From: an uncultured Candidatus Saccharibacteria bacterium | Lineage (GTDB): Bacteria > Patescibacteriota > Minisyncoccia > Phycocordibacterales > PALSA-1337 | DNA length: 64,000 nucleotides | Assembly: GCA_964600255.1 (NCBI GenBank) | Contig: CAZRIX010000001.1 | Location: 43,948-107,947 of the forward strand | Reading direction: 5' to 3' | Part shown: piece by piece, positions 58,237 through 64,000 of the stretch | Layout: each line of letters starts with the position of its first letter | How positions within the stretch are numbered: position 1 is the stretch's first letter | The notes under the pieces: generated by a model | Told to the model about the DNA's origin: nothing | The model's input: the letters and a program-made list of their open reading frames with translations, nothing else | Database searches by the model: none | Program-made: the position numbers and the translations under genes

Positions 58237-60657
58237 TTAATTTGTAACTGACTTTGCTGTACTCTTCTCTTTTATTGGTAAAGTCGTTCGCTTCTCTGGC
58301 TTACTATCTATAGGAGCTGGCGCATCATTGAAAGGTGATCTTCCCTTTCTTAAATTTGATAGGATCAAGTTTACCTCCGCATTGTCTGGATTAGAAACAA
58401 CCAGACTCTCAAACTGATCTATAGCTTCTGCCATCTTATTTAGACGTGCATACGATAGTCCCAAGAAGTACTGTGCGTTAGCATATTTTTCGTCTAATTT
58501 TAATGCTTGTGTTAATGAATCGATAGCTAGCTGGTAATTTTTATCATTATACTGCAACAAACCAAGCTGGAAGTGTAGTAGCGGATTCGCTGGACTAATT
58601 TTGATTGCATATTGTACAGAAGTAATTGCCTCCTTGGTCTGACCTTGGTTGACCTGTATCTGTGATAGTAGGAATATCGGATCTATATAATTTGGTTTTA
58701 ATTGTAATGATACTCCTATATTTCTCTGCGCTTCATCCAGTTTATTCTGTGACACTTCTAGTCTCGCTAGTGATAGATAAATAGAAGGATCATATGGATT
58801 GTATTTTAGAGCTGAAGCATATGCACTTTTGGCATTCTCATATGCATTTTCAACCTTTAGAGAGAGAGCGACTTCAGATATGCGAGCCTCTGCTAGATAG
58901 TTGTAATGATCTGTGTTATCTATAGCAATAGCCTTTCTACTATAATCCACAGCCTGAGTCACTAGATCACTAATCTGCTTTAAGATAGCTTCATTGTCCT
59001 TTGAATTACCGTTTGCTGAGTTTGACTGTAGTTGTCTAGAGAGACTTGAAATTCCAATAATGTTCACTTCAGATAGAGCTTGGTAGTATGAATCTGACTT
59101 ATCAAGCATAACTGCTTTTTCAAATGAAGACTTAGCCTTGTCTATGTCTATCAAACCAGTCGCACTATCTTTAGTATCAAGAATCTTAACACCTCTATGG
59201 AAATATGTGAGTCCAACAATCTTCATACCGAACAACACTACCCACACGACGAGCAATAACAGGAATATTAATATACCTGCAGACAAAATTCTTCGAACAA
59301 ATTTTCCATTATCATCATGGATGTTAACAAGTTTCAGATGCCCGCTATTTACAAGAGATGCAACAAACACTCCACTCATAACAAAGGTTAGCAGTAAAAC
59401 AACATGTGAAGGTACATAAACTAGACATACTAACCACAAAAATACTGAGGAAAAGAAAGCTGATGTAGTAAAGTATTTTGACTGTCCGTTACTTTTTTCT
59501 ATCAGAGAACTGTATCCAGTGCGTATAAATGAAGTCAAGAAAAGTATCCAAACTATGAGTCCTAGTATACCTTGTGTAACTACATAAGTAGGGATCAATC
59601 CAAAACCACTATTGAACTCTGCACTCCACAAGTTCGTTGGGTTTACATCATTGAATGGTTTATACTTCAAATACTGTCCGGCAAACCTATTTGGACCAGA
59701 GCCTAGGATAGGTGACTCTATGATAGTTTTTGAAGTTATATCCAAAGTCATTTGCCATGGTAGAGAAACCTCGGTTGGCAATATATTGAGTTTTGTTTGT
59801 AGCTTTGATAGTACTGGCCCACTACCGACGAATCCTAGAACAAATACTAGAGTAATAATAACAGCCATCCATGGAGTGTTCTTTATGATTGAAGATAGAC
59901 TTTTTATATTTACCTCGGATATGTAGTATTCGTATGCAACTACAAACAAAAATACGATAGATAGAACCCCTAGTATTACTTTATAGTTGACGAGCATTAT
60001 GAGCGCAATCGCAATTGCCATTATTCCAAAAAGAATGCCATTATATAACTTAGTTACATTTAAAACTTTGATCGTGCTATATGAAATCAGTGATACCAAT
60101 CCAGATAGTATAGCCAGGTCTCCCCACTTACCGAGAATCGTTGAAGTAGAGTAAGGTAATATGCCTAGAGATAATGTATCTGATCCGAATGCGAATCTTG
60201 AAATATGAAATACAGCAAGTAAACCGAACGAAGCAATTATCGCCCCGTATATGTAAAAGAATCTATCCTTATTCTTGTAAGTTAGATTGATAGTGGCCAA
60301 TGCAGACAAAAACAATATAAAAATAAAGCTCGCAGTGCCAGACTCAAATCCTTGACCAAACAAAGACTTTGAAATATTTGAACTGAACAAGGTTGAAAGA
60401 GACACGGAGGCAAGTATCAAAATTGAAAAGATTGAAATAGAATGACGAGGTATTGCTACAATTTTGTTCTTAAATATCGATACAGCGAGTACAATTGCAG
60501 TCACCAGCACTCCAAAAGTTATAAACACACTCTTTGCCAATTCGATAGGTACAAACTTTGAAGATACGAATATTAGGGGAGAGATAATAACGGTCAGAAT
60601 TAACAGAAAGTATGCCAGATTCTCGAGTCTACTTTTCTTTGTTGGATGAGTGTCCAT
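58237..60657 (-). CDS. Polytopic membrane protein (O-antigen ligase-like) with C-terminal TPRs
   Basis: About 12 TMs, PILGSGPNRF loop, TPR helices. Confidence 0.75.
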   Translation of the reverse strand: MDTHPTKKSRLENLAYFLLILTVIISPLIFVSSKFVPIELAKSVFITFGVLVTAIVLAVSIFKNKIVAIPRHSISIFSILILASVSLSTLFSSNISKSLFGQGFESGTASFIFILFLSALATINLTYKNKDRFFYIYGAIIASFGLLAVFHISRFAFGSDTLSLGILPYSTSTILGKWGDLAILSGLVSLISYSTIKVLNVTKLYNGILFGIMAIAIALIMLVNYKVILGVLSIVFLFVVAYEYYISEVNIKSLSSIIKNTPWMAVIITLVFVLGFVGSGPVLSKLQTKLNILPTEVSLPWQMTLDITSKTIIESPILGSGPNRFAGQYLKYKPFNDVNPTNLWSAEFNSGFGLIPTYVVTQGILGLIVWILFLTSFIRTGYSSLIEKSNGQSKYFTTSAFFSSVFLWLVCLVYVPSHVVLLLTFVMSGVFVASLVNSGHLKLVNIHDDNGKFVRRILSAGILIFLLLLVVWVVLFGMKIVGLTYFHRGVKILDTKDSATGLIDIDKAKSSFEKAVMLDKSDSYYQALSEVNIIGISSLSRQLQSNSANGNSKDNEAILKQISDLVTQAVDYSRKAIAIDNTDHYNYLAEARISEVALSLKVENAYENAKSAYASALKYNPYDPSIYLSLARLEVSQNKLDEAQRNIGVSLQLKPNYIDPIFLLSQIQVNQGQTKEAITSVQYAIKISPANPLLHFQLGLLQYNDKNYQLAIDSLTQALKLDEKYANAQYFLGLSYARLNKMAEAIDQFESLVVSNPDNAEVNLILSNLRKGRSPFNDAPAPIDSKPEKRTTLPIKEKSTAKSVTN

Positions 60658-60710
60658 AATAAAATTTCAAGCGAATTATTAATAATCGAATATCACTTAT
60701 TATATCAAAC

Positions 60711-60738
60711 AAAAAACCTCCTGTTAAGGAAGTTTTTT
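60711..60738 (-). terminator. Terminator downstream of rnpB
   Basis: AAAAAACCTCCT..AGGAAGTTTTTT. Confidence 0.7.
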
Positions 60739-60743
60739 GATGT

Positions 60744-61096
60744 AACATATCGATAAGCCGAGTTCTGTACTTGGAAGTTTACACGACCAAGCGACAATCA
60801 TTTATCTGGGATTTACTTTACAGTAAACCTCAAGCGGCACTCTCAGTAGGTATTACTACCTACCAAGCACGGCCTTGCACTCAGGTAAGGATTTTGCCGT
60901 TGCACCTTGTATGTTGCCATACAAACTAATCCTAACGGATCCACTAGTCGTTTCCAACCAGTGCGTCTCTGTTCGCACCTCGCACCTCACGGCGGACGGG
61001 CGTTACCCGCTACCCTTTTAGAAGATTGCTCCTCCAAAGTGCTCGGACTTTCCTCTATTTATGCTTACGCATATACAGCGATTGTCTGATATGTAC
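60744..61096 (-). ncRNA. rnpB: RNase P RNA
   Basis: Minus strand has GAGGAAAGTCCGAGC near the 5' end and ACAGAACTCGGCTTA near the 3' end; ACATATC/GATATGT P1; ends approximate. Confidence 0.93.
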
Positions 61097-61150
61097 AAAT
61101 ACTATACCATATTTTGATTAAAAAGGCTAGTTTGAGGTATTCTTGTTTTA

Positions 61151-61180
61151 AGAAAAAACTCTCTAGTGAGAGCTTTTTCT
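61151..61180 (-). terminator. Terminator downstream of nrdB
   Basis: AGAAAAA.CTCTC/GAGAG.TTTTTCT. Confidence 0.7.
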
Positions 61181-61195
61181 AATTAGTATTTACAT

Positions 61196-62206
61196 TTACT
61201 CTTCCTTCGGCTTGTCGTCCTTCTTCTTTCCGTGTGCGTGTGAGTCTACTTCATAACTTGTATTCTGAGCTTCAAAAAAGTTCACTAGTTCGAATACATC
61301 GGTTGCTGTACTCATCCACTTTGCTGGATTTGTTACATTATAGAACTTTGGGAAACCTAACTCCTCTAGTCTTCTGTCTGTTACATACTTTACATACTGA
61401 TTTACATAGTCAGCATTCAGACCAAGAATTCCATTTGGGAATAGGTCCTTATTGTATTCAACCTCTAGATTCACTCCCTCAATGATTATATTTCTGATCT
61501 CATCAGCGAATTCTGCTGACAATAGTTCTGGATTTTCTTCTAGAATATTGTGAATCAAGTTCATTCCGAACTTGAGGTGTAGACTTTCGTCTCGTAGCAC
61601 CCAGTTGATCATTGAACCGAAGTTTCTAAGTTGCTTTCTCTGACGGAAAGATAGAACCACCATGAATCCTGAGTAGAACCATATACCTTCCATCACGATG
61701 TTTGTTGCAACAAGATTACGAATGAAATCCTTCTTACCTTCTGGAGTTTCTACGTCTAGAGTGGTCTCTGTCATTCTCCTCATGTACTTGTTTATGTAGT
61801 TCTCCTTTGCAATCATTGATGGGACTGAGACATGGTGATTGAAAACCTTCTCACGATCAAATGGGAATGTTTCTAGAACATACTCGAATGCCACACAATG
61901 GTTGGCTTCTTCCCACATCTGCTTTGCAAGGTAAAGATGACACTCTGGAGATTTCAAATATGGATATATTCCTAAAGCGATTGATCTATTTACAATCAAT
62001 TCTGCTGGATTAAAGAACGCCATCAAGAACTCAACAGCATGCTTTTCATCCTCGGTCATATTCTTCCAGTCATCAAGATCCTCTTTCAAAGTAATCTCGT
62101 GTGGAAACCAGGTATTTCTTACGGCTTGGTTATACAAGTCATAAGCCCATTTATACTTGATTGGGTGTAAACTTGTATCTTCTGGTGCAGCTTTTCCTAT
62201 AAGCAT
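61196..62206 (-). CDS. nrdB: Ribonucleotide reductase beta subunit, class Ic-like
   Basis: EEANH, EGIWFYSGF, RDESLH, NFFE...SY. Confidence 0.93.
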   Translation of the reverse strand: MLIGKAAPEDTSLHPIKYKWAYDLYNQAVRNTWFPHEITLKEDLDDWKNMTEDEKHAVEFLMAFFNPAELIVNRSIALGIYPYLKSPECHLYLAKQMWEEANHCVAFEYVLETFPFDREKVFNHHVSVPSMIAKENYINKYMRRMTETTLDVETPEGKKDFIRNLVATNIVMEGIWFYSGFMVVLSFRQRKQLRNFGSMINWVLRDESLHLKFGMNLIHNILEENPELLSAEFADEIRNIIIEGVNLEVEYNKDLFPNGILGLNADYVNQYVKYVTDRRLEELGFPKFYNVTNPAKWMSTATDVFELVNFFEAQNTSYEVDSHAHGKKKDDKPKEE

Positions 62207-62312
62207 ATTTATTTATTATTTAAGATTAATAATTTTAAAATCAACACAACTTTACATCTTCGCTTTGGACATTGCAAGTTCCTGCTATTTAACCGAACAC
62301 TAGCCAGAAACC

Positions 62313-64000
62313 TTACTGACAAGCCTCGCACTGTGCCAACTCTGCAGGATCAACTGGGCATACCAAAGGTTTAGTCTTTACTTGAACACTTGGATTCTTA
62401 CTAAGTTGTTGCATTATCTGCTCCTTTGATAAAGCCTCAGATGATGCCTTGGGAATTTCCTTTGCTGGCTCAGGAGCTTTGAATTCGACTGAAGGAGCAC
62501 TAGATATGGGAGCAGTAGCTATGTTAACTACAGGTGTGGGTGCCTGGGACACAACTGAACTGGCAACTGATACAGGAGTAGTGACTGAAGCAAATGAGGG
62601 TTTCTCTGTCTGCATAACCAATGGAATACTCTGCTGTATTGTTGCTGCTTCCATAATCTCTTCTCGCACTTCCTCTCTAGAAAAATTTGGCTTTACTACG
62701 TTTGTAACTTCAACTAGTGGTACTTGTATTGGACTTTCTATAGGTGCCTTTACTTCAACAACGTTGTCGGTAGCTAGCTTTGCAGAAGCAACCGCCGCAA
62801 ATCCCTTCTTACCGAGCTTCTCAGCTTTGTTCACCTTTACTGTACTTTGTTCTGCAGTATGGCGAGGCTTCATGTGTAGATAGTATGTTGACTTCAATCC
62901 TTTCTTCCAAGCTGTAGTATAGATATCCATAGTCTCATCTATATCGCGAGTTTCAAGATACATATTTCTTGATAGAGCCTGATCAACCCACTTCTGAGCA
63001 CGTGCAGCAACTTCTACGTAAGCATAAGGTGAAGTTGTGAATGAGGTTTTATATACGTCCTTGATGTGCTGAGGGATTCCAGGAATATTTGCAATGTCAC
63101 CTTGATTTTCGATGATAGCATCCTTAACTTTTTCCCAAATTCCCATATTCTTCAAATCTTTTACCAGGTTGTTGTTGATGTCAAAATACTTACCTGAGAT
63201 TTTATTTCTAGAGAAAACTTGAGCGAAGCGTGCATCGATACCTGGAGTAGTTCCTACCACTAGACCGATATTTGCATTTGGAGCAACTGCCATTAGTGTT
63301 GCGTTTCGGATTCCCTTCTTGACCTTCTGTCGTAGAATTTCCCAGTTTAGACCCTTGTGCTTGCTCTGAGTATCCACTGTAACATCAATTCCTCTTTCAT
63401 CTGAGAGTTTCTTTATAGAGTCTACTGGCACACGACCCTTTGACCATTCAGAACCCTCAAAGTTACTATATGATCCTCTCTCCTGTGCTAGATTTGTACT
63501 TTCATCTATAGCCATGTAACTTACGAACTCAAATATTCTATCTGCAAAGTCCCAAGCATGCTCACTGTCATAAGCCATACCAAGCTGTTCGATAGTATCT
63601 GCAAATCCCATCACACCAAGACCTATTGCACGATTTGCTTTGTCTGACTTTGTAGCTTCTGCAACTGGAAGTACGTTTATATCGATCAAGTTATCGAGCT
63701 GTCTTACTGCCAAACGAACACTTTCCTCTAGTCTAGACCAGTTTATTTCTTTGTTCTTAATGTGAGCAGCTAGGTTTAGAGATGCTAGGTTACATACAGC
63801 AATATTATCCTTGTCCTGTGGTAGACAAATCTCAGTACACAAGTTAGACATGTGTATTGTTCCTGTATTGTTGTTTAGAGCACGGAGGTTTATTGTGTCC
63901 TTCCATACCAACCATGGATGTGATGTTGACTGTAGAGATGTAAGAATCTGTCTGTATTGTTCTTTTGCAGGAACTTTCTTGAACATTACCATTTCTCCCT
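62313..64000 (-). CDS. nrdA: Ribonucleotide reductase alpha subunit (5' part lies beyond the window)
   Basis: SNLCTEI, VCNLASLNL, APNA, GLKSTYYL, terminal C..CEAC. Confidence 0.95.
   Translation of the reverse strand, partial: GEMVMFKKVPAKEQYRQILTSLQSTSHPWLVWKDTINLRALNNNTGTIHMSNLCTEICLPQDKDNIAVCNLASLNLAAHIKNKEINWSRLEESVRLAVRQLDNLIDINVLPVAEATKSDKANRAIGLGVMGFADTIEQLGMAYDSEHAWDFADRIFEFVSYMAIDESTNLAQERGSYSNFEGSEWSKGRVPVDSIKKLSDERGIDVTVDTQSKHKGLNWEILRQKVKKGIRNATLMAVAPNANIGLVVGTTPGIDARFAQVFSRNKISGKYFDINNNLVKDLKNMGIWEKVKDAIIENQGDIANIPGIPQHIKDVYKTSFTTSPYAYVEVAARAQKWVDQALSRNMYLETRDIDETMDIYTTAWKKGLKSTYYLHMKPRHTAEQSTVKVNKAEKLGKKGFAAVASAKLATDNVVEVKAPIESPIQVPLVEVTNVVKPNFSREEVREEIMEAATIQQSIPLVMQTEKPSFASVTTPVSVASSVVSQAPTPVVNIATAPISSAPSVEFKAPEPAKEIPKASSEALSKEQIMQQLSKNPSVQVKTKPLVCPVDPAELAQCEACQ

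Noticed and set aside
60907-61089. 60-aa ORF on the plus strand
   Set aside because: Antisense to the RNase P RNA.
1-64000. CRISPR array, integrase/integron, transposase, reverse transcriptase or rRNA
   Set aside because: No regularly spaced repeats, attC-like series or matching protein motifs were recognised. The two-copy leader repeat is promoter-associated, not an array.
1-64000. Alternative genetic code (UGA=Gly, as in Gracilibacteria)
   Set aside because: Conserved genes are full length under code 11, and TGA ends genes at sensible positions (e.g. 2342-2344).

Overview
Chromosomal window of an AT-rich bacterium using standard genetic code 11. Its gene content is typical of Patescibacteria/CPR, most likely Parcubacteria (inference from the T4SS-type pilin array, short ValRS, degenerate HisRS paralog and PrsW-Hsp20 pair). 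Core content: a glycogen cluster (PMM-like HAD, cupin PGI, glgA, GH57, glgP), a compact type IV pilus/competence cluster, valS, a six-pilin array, gyrA, rpsA, pth, lepB, rpsU, ybeY, ftsA/ftsZ, trxB, mscL, tsaD, lepA, murJ, RNase P RNA, a class Ic-type nrdAB, and four tRNAs (Glu, Val, Phe, Arg). Most interesting observations: (1) two tandem GC-rich accessory units share a near-identical sigma70 promoter and a leader RNA with a covarying bulged hairpin, a boxA-like motif and an SD, whereas most core genes look leaderless; (2) an orphan MazF/PemK toxin faces a convergent promoter-to-terminator unit of about 55 nt, a candidate RNA antitoxin; (3) two start codons abut tRNA 3' ends; (4) a 2026-aa surface protein has a duplicated GH43 module, one copy lacking the catalytic residues; (5) a secreted protein has a Verrucomicrobia-like C-terminal domain; (6) several structured non-coding elements are unexplained. 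All calls come from reading the sequence; no searches were run.
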